Shown here: positions 49,825-61,502 of the stretch, one piece after another
Position numbering within the stretch: position 1 is the first letter of the stretch
How the letters are laid out: every line of letters starts with the position of its first letter
Source of the DNA: Scenedesmus sp. PABB004
Lineage: Eukaryota
Direction: 5' to 3'
Length of the DNA: 64,000 nt
Assembly: GCA_014905635.1 (NCBI GenBank)
Contig: JABVCE010000005.1
Coordinates: 744,001 to 808,000 of the forward strand
Notes under the pieces: model-generated
Seen by the model: only the letters and a program-made list of their open reading frames with translations
Database searches by the model: none
What the model was told of the DNA's origin: nothing
Program-made: the position numbers and the translations under genes

Positions 49825-52800
49825 GGTGCCGCCGCCGCAGTGTCGGACGCGATGCGGCTCATGCGCACGGGCGCGGAGAACCGGCACGTCGGCGAGACGC
49901 GGCTGAACCGCGAGAGCAGCCGCAGCCACAGCGTGTTCACGTGCACGCTCGAGCGGCACAGCAAGAGCCAGGAGACGGGCGTGACCAACGTGCTGTTCAG
50001 CCGGCTCAACCTCATCGACCTCGCGGGTGCGCCGCGCCTGCGGCCCCGGGGCTGCGAGCAGCGCCAGAGTGCGCGCCGGCGCCCGCGCGCGCGCCGCGCC
50101 GACCGCCGACCGCCCGCCCGCGCCCCCGCCGCGCCGCGCCCGCGCCCGCGCCGCAGGCAGCGAGCGCATCCACGGCGGCGAGCACGGCGGCAGCCAGGCG
50201 ACGGGCAAGCACTTCCGCGAGGCCTGCCACATCAACAAGTCGCTGACCACGCTCGGGCGCGTGATCATGGAGCTCGTGGAGGCGCAACGCAAGCCAGGCG
50301 GCGGCAAGCCCGGCGGCGGCGGCGGCGGCGCCGCGGGCGCGCGCGGCCGGCACGTGCCGTACCGCGACAGCCGGCTGACCTTCCTGCTGCAGGACAGCCT
50401 CGGCGGCAACGCCAAGACGCTCATGATCGCCAACATCAGCCCCAGCAGCGTGTCGGCGGCGGAGACGCTGTCGACGCTGCAGTTTATGTCGCGCGCCAAG
50501 TGCATCCGCAACCGCGCGACGATCAACCTCGACGCGCGCGGCGACGTGGTGCTGCTGCAGCGCGAGATTGTGCGCCTCAACACGGAGCTCGACAACCTGC
50601 GCAAGGGCTACACCGAGCCCGCGGTGCAGGAGGCCAAGGAGCTGCGCCTGCGGCTCGACGAGTGAGGCGCCGCGCGCGGGCGCGCGCGCTGCCCGCTGCG
50701 CTGTGCCGCGCAGCGCTGCGCGCGACGCGGCCGGCGGCGCCGCCGCGCAGGATGTGCGCGGCCAAGGGCCAGATGGAGGCGCTCATGCTCGGCCTGGACA
50801 AGGAGAACCAAAACCTCAAGGCCGAGCGCCGCCGGCTGGACCACAAGATGTCGCAGATCCAGAAGTGAGGCTGAGCGGGCGCCGCGGGGGCGCGGGCAGC
50901 GCAGGCAGCGCGGGCAGCTCGCAGGGGCCGCGCGGCGCGGCGCCGAGCCGGGACGGCGCCGCGGCGGCCCGCCGCTTCGCAGGGGCGCGGGGCAGCTGGA
51001 CCAGGCCATCTTCAGCCTCACCGCCAAGGTGATGCACCACGAGTCGCTCGCCGCGGCGGCGACGGAGAAGAGCCTGCGCGCGGCAAAGGCGGAGCACGAG
51101 CTGCAGGTGGCCGAGCTGCACGCGGCGCAGGCGGAGCTCAGCGAGGAGCTGGCCCGGGTGCGCGGCTGCGGCGGCGGGCGGCGCAGGCGGCGGGCCGGCG
51201 CCGCGCCGCAGCTGCGGTTGGTTGTGGCGCTGGCGGGGACCCCTGGCGCTCACCGCAGCCTGGCCGCCCCCTGGCGCGCGCGGCGCAGGAGCGCACGGGC
51301 CGGCAGGAGGCCGAAGCGCGCCTGCAGGTCGAGCTGCGCAACGGCGTGGCGGCCGCGGCCGAGCAGGTGCACGCGATGCAGGCGGAGCTGCAGAACGTGC
51401 ACGCCACGGTGGAGGGGCTGACGGCTGAGAACCAGCAGCTGCACGGCCAGCTCGCCGAGGCGTCCAGCAGGGAGGCCGCGCGCGCGGCGGCGGCCGAGGC
51501 GCGGCTCGCCGAGGCGGCGGCCGAGAGCGCCGCGCTGCGCCAGCAGCTGGACGAGGCGGCGCGCGCCGGCGCCGCGCTGCGCGAGCAGCTCGACGCCGCG
51601 GCCGCTGACAGCGACGGCCTGCGCCGGCAGCTGACCGAGGCGGCCGAGGCGCGCGACGAGGCAGTCGAGGCGCTGGCGGTGTCCAAGGCCGTGAACGCGG
51701 GCCTGGACGAGCAGGTCAGGGAGCTCATGGCGCAGGCGGCGCAGGTGCGGGGGGGGGGGCGCGGGGCGCGGCCGACACGGGCGAGCTGCACGCGGCGCGG
51801 GCGGCGCCGGCGCAGTGGCAGCCCCCGTGCGCCCACGACCCCCCCCTGACCGCCCGGCCGTGCGCCCACGCAGGCGGAGGCCGAGCTGCAGGGCCGCGAC
51901 AAGCAGCTGGCCAGCCGCGCGCGCGAGCTGGAGGACGCGCAGCAGCAGCTGGGCGCCATGCAGGGCGCGCTGGCGGCGGCGCAGCAGCAGCTGGCAGCGC
52001 AGCAGGAGGAGGCCGCCGCGCGGGCCAGCAGCGACGAGAGCGAGCGTTCGGCGCTGCAGCAGCAGCTGGCAGAGCGGGACGAGCAGCTGCAGGACGTGCG
52101 GGCGCAGCTGCAGCGGGCGGGCGAGGTCAACGAGCAGGCGCAGCAGCGCATCGACGAGCTGGAGGGCCGCGCCAGCAGCGCCAGCGGCACCGTCGAGGAG
52201 CAGCAGCAGCGCCTGGGCGAGCTCGGCGGGCGCGTGCAGCAGCTGGAGGCGGAGCTGGCGTCGCAGGGCGCCGCGGCGGAGGCGGCGCGCGGGCAGGTGG
52301 CCGCGCTGGAGGAGGCGCTGGCGGAGCTCAACGCCGCGCTCAAGGAGCGCTCGCAGGCGCTCGAGGCGACGGAGGAGCGCGCGCGGCACCTCGCGCAGCA
52401 GCTGGACGCCACCGGCACCGCGGCGGCGGCCAAGGCGGAGCAGCTGGCGCACGACCTCGCGGCGGCGCGCGAGAGCAGCAAGAGCCGGCAGGAGGAGCTG
52501 ATGAAGCAGGTCACCGAGGTGCACCTCGCGCTCTCCGCGGCGCAGCAGGAGCAGGAGCGGCTGCAGGACGCGCTCGACGCCGCGCGCAGCGACAGCGGGC
52601 TGCTGACGGCGAAGCTCGCCGACGCGGAGGGCCAGGTCGACAAGCTGCGGGTGCGCGGGCTGCTGCAGGCGGCGGCGCGCCGTGGCGACGCGCGGCTTGG
52701 GAGCGCGGCTGAGCCCGCCCGCCCGCCCGCCGCGCCGCAGGGCCAGGCCAGCGCCAAGAGCCTTGACTGCGACCTGCTGAAGAAGAAGCTCGCCGCCGCC

Positions 52801-54829
52801 GACGCGACCGCGGCGGGGCTGCGCGGCGAGCTGGAGGAGCGCGGCGCGGAGCTGGAGGAGCTGCGCGCCAGCCTGCGCGCGGCGGAGGCAGCGGCGCACG
52901 ACGAGGTGGAGAAGGGCGCGGAGCAGGTGCGGCGGCGGCGGGGCCGGCGGCGCGTGCGGGGCGCGGCGGGCCTGTGCCGGTCGAGCCTGGCCGAGGCAGG
53001 GCAAGCGCGGCGAGCCAGGCCGAGGGCTGAGGCGCTCCTGCTGACCGGGCCGCCCCTGCCGCCTCTGCCGCCTCTGCCGCCGCCCACAGCTCAACACGCT
53101 GCAGCGCGAGCTGCTCGACGCGCAGGAGCTGCTCACCTCCAAGGGCTTTGAGGCCGTCCAGATGCAGCGCCGGCTGGAGGAGCTCGCGCACCGCCTGAGC
53201 GACCGCAACGCCGCGCTTGAGGCGCACAAGGAGGTGGGCGGCCGCTGCGCTGCGTTGCTCGCGGCGGGCGGGCGGGCGGCGGGCGGCGGCCGCGCCCCAG
53301 CAGCTGCGGCGGTCGGCTGCGTTGACCCGCGCGGGGGGGGGGATCCGCTGCCCCGCCCCGCACCGCGCAGGAGGTGAAGGGCCTCAAGGCCAGCCTGGCC
53401 AAGATGGAGGGCCTCGGCCGCCAGCGCGACGCGCTCCTCGCGGAGCGCAGCGCGCTCGCAGACCAGCTGCAGGTGCGGCACGCGGGCGCGCGGCGGCGGC
53501 TGGCGCCGCCGGGGCTGGCCAGCCGTGCGGCCGCGCCGCGCTCACAACCCGCCCGCCGCTCCGCGCCGCGCCGCGCCGCTCCTTGCCGCGCGCGCAGGCG
53601 GACAGCGAGGTGCTGCACGCGCGGCTGCACCGGCTGCAGGAGGAGCTCGCGGTCAAGGAGGGCCAGCTGCGCGGCAAGCTCAACGCGCACGAGCTGCAGC
53701 TCAAGGAGCAGATCGTCTACAACGTGCGCCGCCCGCGTGCCGCGGGGCGGAGCAGGGGGGGGGGGGGGCACGCTGCGTGCCGCGGCTGCCGGCGCAGGAT
53801 GTGGCGCGTGCGGCGCGCTGACGCCGCCCCCTGCGTGCCCGCCCCGCCCCGCGCCCCCCTCCGCCAGGCGCGCAACCGCCAGGCCATGAATGAGATCCGC
53901 AAGGTCATCAACTGGGCCCAGCAGGCGCCCACGCTCGGCGTCGCCGGCGGCAGCGCGGCGAGCACGCCGACCGGCGGCGCGGCGAGCCCCGCCGTCGGCG
54001 CGCGCTCGCCCACGCGCGCGGCGGCGGCGGCGGCGGCGGCGGCGCGCTCGCGCTCGCGCTGGCGGAGGAGCTGCCGCTGCCGGCGGACGAGGGCTTTGAT
54101 GAGGCCTTCGGCCTGCGCCCGCCGCCCAGCAGCGGCGGTGGCGGCGGCCTCGCCGCGCCGCACTACGCCGACGGCCTGCCGCTGGCGCTGGAGGGCGTCG
54201 GGCTGGAGCTGCCGGGCGGCCGGGCGGCGCGGCGCCGCGGCAGCGCGGGCGGCGGGAGCGAGGCCGGCGGCGCGCACGGCGCCGGCACCCCCGGCAAGCC
54301 GCGCGTGCAGGAGCGCGCGCCCGGCGCGGACGCGCGCGCCTCTGACGGCGGCGACGTCGGCGGCGACGTCTCCAGGTGCGGCGCGCGGCGGACGCGCCTG
54401 TCTGATGCGGCGCGCCGCGGATGCGCCCCGCCCGGCATGGCGTCGCACAGCCGCCGCCGTGACACGCCGCGCCCGCGCCGCGTGCCGCGCCGCAGGCAGC
54501 TGCAGGGGCCGGAGCGGGCGAGCAGCCCGCTGCGCGCGTCGGCCGAGGACGGCCGCGCGAGCCCCACGCAGCACGCGCGCAGCAGCGCGCGCAGCAGCCG
54601 CCGCGACACTGGCCGCCGCGGCGGCGTGCGCATGGCGAGCGACTCGCACAGCTTTGGCGCCGCGCTCAAGGCGGCGCGCCGCGGCAGCGCGGGCGGCTCC
54701 AACGAGGGCAGCGTGGGCCGGCTCTCGGCGTCGGGCGACTGGCCCCGGGCGGCGGCGACGGGCCGAAGCTGCCGGCCGCGATCGTGGGCGGCGACCTCGC
54801 GTGCGAGCCTGACGCCGCGTGAGCCGTGA
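48344..54829 (+). CDS. Kinesin-12 (KIF15/PAKRP-like) motor with a long coiled coil (~17 exons; apparent frameshift near 54015)
   Basis: [92 protein letters not shown] heptads at 50550-53920. Confidence 0.9.
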
Positions 54830-55467
54830 TCGCACACACCACCATCGTAGGAGTGGGAGGCGTGGGAGCGCTGGGGCGTCTGGTGCAGGGCGCTGTGCAC
54901 GGTTGTCAGGCGTTTGGCGCAGCGTTGGCGGCGACGACGAGAGGCACAGGCGCGACGCGCAGGACGGCAACGCCGCTTGCCAGTCCGCGCGCGTCGGCGG
55001 CGCTGAAAAGCAAGGAGCCGGACGTGACGCACCTGAGCGCGCAGCGCTTGCGGTTTTGACCTGGCGAGCCGCCGCCTCGCGGCAGCTGGTTCGCGGCTAC
55101 CGCGACCCCCACGCATCGTGATCGCGTTGTGACCCGCCGGGGACGCCTCCCCGCGCCGCGAGGAGCCGCGGCGGCGCGCCAGACCGCGGGCCTCGGGCTC
55201 TCAAACTGTCGCGTGCAGCTCAAGCCCCGCGATCCGCTAGCTGGCTCACTCCATTTCGCGTTTCTCCCGCCACCAGCGGCCGTCGCTCGCAGCGCCTGCC
55301 GGCGCGCCAGGCCAGCCGCTGCCGCTGCCGCCGGCAGCAGCGCCGCTGGCGCACGCGAGCCCGGCGCCCCGCGCTGCGTGAGAACGCTCCTCCATTACAC
55401 CTGGAGCAACGTCACCGGCTGCGTTCTGAGCTTACGCCTCGAGCGTCCGGCCGCGCGCTGAGCTACC

Positions 55468-56761
55468 ATGGGCGCCGCCGCGTCAGCCGCGAGGCCGCCC
55501 GCGGTGCCGTATCGGCATGTCGTGATCACTGGCGCCAGCGCGGGCCTCGGCGCCGCGCTCGCGCTGCGCCTCGCCGGAGAGCAGCCGGACATCGCGCTCA
55601 CGCTGATCGGCCGCTGCGCTGCGCGCCTGGACGCCGTCGCCGCCGCGTGCGGCGCGCGCGGCGCGCTCGCGTGCGCGGCCGTCGCCGATGTGGGCGACGC
55701 CGCGGCGCTGGCCGCCGTGCTGGCCGCTGCTCACGCGCGCCGCCCGGTCGACCTGGTCGTGGCCAACGCCGGCGTGGTGGGCGGCGCGGCGCGCGGTGGG
55801 GGTGGGGTGGAGGGGACACTCTCGTCCGCCGCCGCGACCAACCTGGTTGGCGCGCTCAACACGCTCAGCGCCGCGCTGCCGCTCTTGCGCGACACCGCGG
55901 CGCGCGGCGGCGCCGCCGGCGTGGCGCTCGTGAGCTCGGTCTCTGCGCTGCCGCACGGGGCGACGGAGCTCGCGGGCAGGCTGGGCCTCGGCGTGATGCC
56001 GTACACTTGGACCAAGCAGGCCCTGCTGCTGCTGGGCCAGGGCCTGCGGCGCGAGCTCGCGGGCAGCGGCATCGAGGTGTTCACCATCTGCCCGGGTGCG
56101 GCGCCGGCGCGCGCTCTGGCGCAGCCCCGCGCGCAGCCCCGCGCGCAGCCCCGCGCGCAGCCCCTCACGCCGCCGCCGCAGGCGTGGTGCTGACCGAGCT
56201 GGCCTCCTCCCTGGCCGCCGCGGTCGGCGAGCGCTCCGGCCCGCCTGCGTCCAGCGCGCCCGCGCGCTCTGCGTCCGCGGTCGGCGCGGGGTCCAGCGCG
56301 GCCGAGCTCGAGCCGCCGTCGCCCGGCACGCCGCCGGCCGCGTCGGTGGTGGTGGTGGCGGTGCCGCGGCGCGGCGGCGGCGACGGCGGCGCGGCGGCCA
56401 AGCCCGCGGCGCCGTCCGAGCGGCGCGCGCCAGCGGCTGGCGACCCGGCCGGGGCGGCGCTGCGCGCTCTGAACGCCATGTCGCCGGACGAGGCGGCGAC
56501 GGCCATCGCAGCGAGGCTCGCTCGCGGCAAGGTGCGGAGCGCAGGGGCGGGCGCGGTGCGCGGTGCGCGGTGCGCCGGCGCGCGCGCCTGGCGCCCGGCC
56601 CACCCGCTGCTGCCGCGCGGCGCCGCGCAGGGCGGCGTCGTCGCCTTCCCCCCGCCGCGGTGCGGGCGATGCGCGTGATGGCGGCGCTGCCGCAGGGCCT
56701 GCTCGCGCGCGCCATCCGCCGCGGCGTGGCGCGCCACCACGCCGCCGCCGGCAGCGCGTGA
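55468..56761 (+). CDS. Short-chain dehydrogenase/reductase (3 exons; apparent frameshift near 56650)
   Basis: VVITGASAGLG; ADVGD; VVANAGV; TN; VSS; catalytic YTWTK; ICPG|VV. Confidence 0.85.
56121..56164. repeat. Intronic 12-bp repeat (GCAGCCCCGCGC), about 3.7 copies
   Basis: Read directly in SDR intron 1. Confidence 0.85.
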
Positions 56762-56913
56762 GCTGGGCCCGCCAGGCCCGCCGGCGCGACGAGTGACCAG
56801 CGCTGCTGTGGGGACGGTAGCGGCGGTGCTGCGGGGCTGACGCGGGCTGCTGCGGCGATAACGAAACCTTGTGAGTGTGTGTCGTTGACCGGCGTGTGAC
56901 CCCACCAAGTTGC

Positions 56914-58204
56914 TCACGCCGCCGCGCCGCGGCCCGCGCCGCCGCCGCGCTTGAGCCGCACCTCCAGCGCGCCGCCGCGCGCCTCAAAGCAAAAACCCCG
57001 CTCGCTCAGCCAGCCCGCGACCGCGCGGGGCAGGCTGGCGTCGCCGTCGCTGCTGTGTGTGCCCTTGCCTGTGATCACACGCAGCCCGCGCCGCGCCGCG
57101 GCCTGCTGGTGCGGCTGCCCCGGCTGCGCGCTCAGCAGCAGCGCCTGCTGCAGCGCCTGCTGCCGCGCAGCGCCCCCGCCGCCGCCGGGCGGCGCGAGCT
57201 CCTCGACGAGGCTGGCCAGCAGCTCCAGCCGCGCCGCCAGCGCCGCGCAGGCCTCGGCGGCGTGCAGGCCGTGCAGGTCGAGCTCCAGCTGCGGGCGGCG
57301 GCGGCGGCGCGGCCGGCGGGCGCCAGCGGGCTCAGCCTGGCCGTGCGCGGCGGCGGCGCCCGCGGGCACGCGGCGGCGGGTGCGCGCGGCGGGCGCGCAC
57401 CAGGCCGGGCGCGCGGTCCAGGTTGTGCGCGACCTCAATCTTCAGCGCCGCCGCCGCGTGCGCGGCGTCGGCGGCGCGCTTGAGCTCGCGCGCCGCAGCC
57501 GCCGCGGCCCGCGCGGCGCCGCGGTCGCCGGCCGCGGTCGCCGCCGCAGACCTGCGCAGTGCGCGCTGCCATGCTTGTGTGAGGTGCAGCGCCTCGCGCC
57601 GGGCCTCCCGATACACGTCGCCGTGCGCTGGCGGCGGTGGCGGCGGCGGCGGCGGCGGCGGCTGCTCCCGCTCCTGTCGCTGCTGGCCGTCCGCCGCCAG
57701 CAGCTGGCGCGCCGCGGCTGGCTGCTCGTCGACGCATTGCGGCGCCAGCTCAAACAGCGCCACGGCCGCGGCGTCGGGGTCGCCACCAACGCTCGCAAGC
57801 ACCTCGCGCGCCAGCTCCGGCTCGCACCACGCGTGGAGCTCGGCCAGCTGCGCTACGAGGGCGTCCACGGCCGCCGGCGCTTGCTGCTGCCCCGACTCGG
57901 GCGTGGCGCGGCCCGCAGCCTCGGCAAACGAGGGCGCCGAGGCACACCGCCGCGGCGGCGCCGGCCCCGCCCTGCCGCCGCCGGCCGCCCCCGCGCCGGC
58001 GAGGCTGGGGAACGCCGCCAGCGGCGGCGGTGGCGGCGGCGCTGCCCGCCCGCGCCCGCCCGCCCAGCGCACCGCGCCGGGCTGTGGGCTCTGCGGCGCG
58101 CTGTGGGCGCTTCTGGTGCTGCTGGTGCTGCTGTGGAGGCCCGCCCAGCCTGGCAGGCCGCCGCGGCCACGTTGTTCGTGCTGCTGCTGCGGCGGCGGCT
58201 GCAT
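56914..58204 (-). CDS. CUE-like + DUF1771 + Smr domain protein (Cue2/N4BP2-type RNA quality-control endonuclease family; 2 exons)
   Basis: LAELHAWCEPELAREVLASVGGDPDAAAVALFEL (CUE-like); YREARREA..AAALKIEVAHN; LDLHGLHAAEA..LRVITGKGTHS (Smr). Confidence 0.8.
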
Positions 58205-58427
58205 TCGGGCTACTGCAGGCCGTGCCGGCGCGTCTGCAGGTTGCGCTGGTCGAATCAAGTGGTGGAGAGCTCGCGGGCGAGCTGTGGCGCGCGCTCGGCG
58301 CCGCTGCCAGCAGCAGCGACACGTTGGCCACACGAACGTCTCGCGGCGGCTGCCAGGCCTGGGAACAAAGGCACCGCCTGGCGCCCTGTGAGCGAATCGG
58401 GGAGGGTCGTCAAGCACAGGCCTCGCG

Positions 58428-58432
58428 TTACA
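58428..58432 (-). promoter_or_regulatory. TGTAA polyadenylation signal of ANR1
   Basis: About 470 nt downstream of the ANR1 stop on the same strand. Confidence 0.45.
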
Positions 58433-58902
58433 GCTCCGTTCTGACTAAACCCGTCGGCGCTGCAGCCGCGGCAACACAAATGGGCGCGCGCGTCGCTGGC
58501 GTGCATGCAGCATCGACGGCTGGAGGCGCACGCAGCGTGGCTGTTGTTGGCAGTGCGTGTCGCCCCTCCTCGCAGGCACGTCAAAACACACGACGCGCAC
58601 GTCAGTCGCCGCGCCGCGGCGCGCTCTCAGCACTCACCCAGCATCGATTGGGGTTCAATGGCACGATGCTATGCGCGCAGCCCCCGCTGCCGCCACCGCC
58701 GTTGCTGCTGCGCAGTCGTCGCCGCCACTCGCGCGGCCCACATCCGCGGCGGCCCCCGCTGCCCTGCCTGGCGCGCGGCCGGCGGCGGCCGCGCGCGCGG
58801 CCGCTCCCTGCCCCTGTCCCTCGGCCCCCACCACCCCTCAAAACAACACGCGCAGCTGCGCGCGCGGCCTCCTCACGCGCACGCGCGGGGCCCGCGGGGG
58901 CC

Positions 58903-60569
58903 TCACAGCTCGAGCACGTAGCGCGCGACGAGGAAGACGAGCAGCCAGAAGCCGCCCGCGATGACGAGCTTGCTCGCCTGATCGCCGGCCGAGCTGATCC
59001 TGTCCTGCAGGCTGCTCACGAGCGCGCGGCCGGTCGCGACTGCGCCGGCGCCGCCGAGCAGCGCGACCGCCACGAGCAGCAGCGCCTTGGTCTTGTCGTC
59101 GATCGGCGCCTGCGCGGCGCGGCGGGCAGCATGGCGGCGGCGGCGGCGGCGGCGGCGCGTGAGCGGCGCGCGCGGGCCGGGCCGTGTGCGCGCGGGCGTC
59201 CACCACGCGCCGACCCGCCCGCGCTGCGCTGCGGTGCGCGGCGCGGGCTTGGCGCGGGCTTGGCGCGGGCTTGGCGCGGGCTTGGCGCGGGCGCGGGCGC
59301 GGCGCGGGCTTGGCGCGGGCTTGGCGCGGGCTTGGCGCGGGCTTGGCGCGGGCGCCCTCACGTTGACGATCTCCGCCTTGACCGCGTACTCGCCGAGGTC
59401 TGTGACCTCGTTCAGCAGCAGGCCGCCGCCCGCGCCCGCGGCGACGAGCAGGCCCGCGACCGCGACAGGGCTCGTCTGCTGCGCGCCGGGCGCGCGCGGG
59501 TCGCGCAGCGTGACCTCGCCGGTCGCGACAAACTGCTTCAGCCCCTTCTCGCCGCCCGCAAAGCCGCCCGTCGCGCCGAGCAGGGGGCCGAGGTCGTCCT
59601 TGGCCGGGTACTTGGCGGGGTCGTCCAGGATGACGCGCCCCGGCGCGCCCGCCTTGCGCTTGTCGAGCTCGCTGCGCGCGGCGCGCGGGCGCGGGGCGCG
59701 GGCGCGGTGAGGCGCGGCGGCGGCGCAGCGCGGCGCGGCGGGCGCGGCGGGCGCGGCGCGGCGCTCACTCCTTGCCGTAGCCGAGATAGATGGGCGCCTT
59801 GCCGTCCTTGGCCGCCGGCGGGCTGGCCGGGCGCGCCGGCGCCGGCGCCGCCGCCGCCGCGGGCGCGGCGCCGCCCTTGGCGCCCTTGGCGGCCGCCTTC
59901 TCGCGCAGCACCTGCTCGCGCAGCTGCCACAGCCCCGCCTCGCCGCCCGCCCAGCCGCCGGTCGCGCCGGGCAGGAAGCCGACGTCCTCCTTGCCGGGAT
60001 ACTTGGTCGGGTCGTCCACGATCACGCGGCCCTTGCGCCCCGCGCGCGGCGCAAAGTCGCCCTTCTCAAAGCCGATGTAGATCTCGGACCCGCCCGCCGG
60101 GCCGGCGGCCGGCGCCGCGGCCGCCGCGGGCGCCTCCGCGACGCTCGTGCTCGCCTGCGCAGCGGGCCGGCCGCGAGCGGCGGCGGCGGCCGGGGGCGGC
60201 GGCGGGGCGGCGGCGGGGCGGCGGCGCGTGAGCGCTGTGGACTGAGCTTCGTCGGGAGCCGCCGGGATGCGGGCCGGCGACTGAGCGCGGCAGGCTGCGG
60301 GCGCCAGCGGCCGGCCTGCCCCGCGCCAGCGCTGCCAGCTGCGCCCCAATTGCCGCGCTTGCGGCGCCAAGGACGTAGCGCGCCGTCCGCTAAGCGACGC
60401 GGCCGCTGCCGGGCGGGCGCGCTGGCTGGGCGGCGCGCGCGGCGCGCGAGCGCTCCGGCCGCATCCGAGCTCGCACCTGGGCACGCACGCGCAGCGCCGG
60501 CGCGACGCGGCGACTGAAACCGCTCGCGTGGGTCCCGGCGGCCAACCTGGCCTGCTGCTGCAGCTGCAT
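58903..60569 (-). CDS. ANR1: Thylakoid protein ANR1/TEF7-like, with two ANR domains and transmembrane helices (4 exons)
   Basis: Transit peptide MQLQQQARLAAG..LRVRAQ; two repeats IY(I/L)G..GRVIxDDPxKYPxK(E/D)D..GATGG(W/F)AGGExGL, resembling the plant NdhS N-terminal TGGFPGGEKGL motif; C-terminal hydrophobic helices. Confidence 0.75.
59240..59352. repeat. Intronic minisatellite (GGCGCGGGCTT)n, about 8 units in two blocks
   Basis: Read directly in ANR1 intron 3. Confidence 0.9.
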
Positions 60570-60886
60570 GGCGCTGCTGTGCGCAGGAGCTGTGGCGCTG
60601 CTGTGCGGGGGAGCTGCTGGTGCGTGCGAGGGCGCGCGACGCTGCGTGGCGTGGCGGTGGGTCGTGGAGTGCGTGTGGCTCGCGTCTGGCGGCGGCTGCG
60701 CCTCCCGAACGGGTCGTTCGACGAGCAAGCGCCGAGAATGTCACTTGTCTGAGGGTGTTGGAGGCTGGGGGCCGCGCTGCGAGTCCGCCTTGCTGCTTCA
60801 CGTGCTCGCCCGGGCGCCAGGGCGCCTCCCGAGACGCAGCGGGAGCCTCCCGCTGCTGCCGCCGTCGCTGCCGCCGCCGTCGCTGC

Positions 60887-61164
60887 CCTTCACCGCCGCC
60901 GCCGTGCGCCCCGCGCGCGGCCTGCGCGCCGCGGCGCGCCGCGGCGCCGTGGCGACCCGCGCCAAGGTGCGGGCCGCGCTGCCGCCCGTGGCGACGCGCG
61001 CCGGCGGCGCGGGGGCGGCGCACTGAGCGCGCCGTTGCGTTCCGCAGCTCGGCGACTCCCTGGCCGAGTTCCTGGTCGAGGCGACGCCGGCGCAGTCGCG
61101 ACCGGCCGCGCGCTCGTGAGCACCTTGACCTTGAGCAGCCTACAGGACCGCATCAGCTCCGCCG
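60887..61164 (+). pseudogene. Chimeric gene fragment: copy of SBPase 61763-61964 fused to an inverted copy of ANR1 58986-59050
   Basis: 202-bp direct copy including an intron, with 2 mismatches, followed by the reverse complement of part of the ANR1 last exon with a 15-nt insertion. Confidence 0.9.
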
Positions 61165-61502
61165 ACGGCCCCGCCGCAGCCGACTCGCGCCGGCGAAGCC
61201 ACTGTCGCTGGGGCGCCTCACCCCGGCGACGTGGTTTGCACAGGCCTCGCTCCGGGCGCCGGGCGCGCCCGGCCGCCGTGCGCGCGCCGCGCCGCTCGTC
61301 GCGCGCCCGCCCGCGCGCGGCGGCGCGAGACGATCGCGTCCCCACGGCCACCGCGACGCAGCTTAGTGGGAAACGCTGCGACGTGCGCGTGCTCGAGCTC
61401 CTCGGGTTTCGGGGCACTGCGCCCCATCGCTCGCTGCTCTTGGCCCCGCGCGCGCCGGCGCCCGGCACCTTTCCACCACCCGCCGCCGCACATCACATCA
61501 AG

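Noticed and set aside
59240..59352. Regular repeats as a CRISPR array or telomeric tract
   Set aside because: No unique spacers, no cas genes, and not TTTAGGG-like. It is an intronic minisatellite.
60836..61164. Pack-MULE or Helitron gene capture as the origin of the chimera
   Set aside because: No terminal inverted repeats, target-site duplication or CTRR end could be identified, and both donors are immediate neighbours. Not fully excluded.
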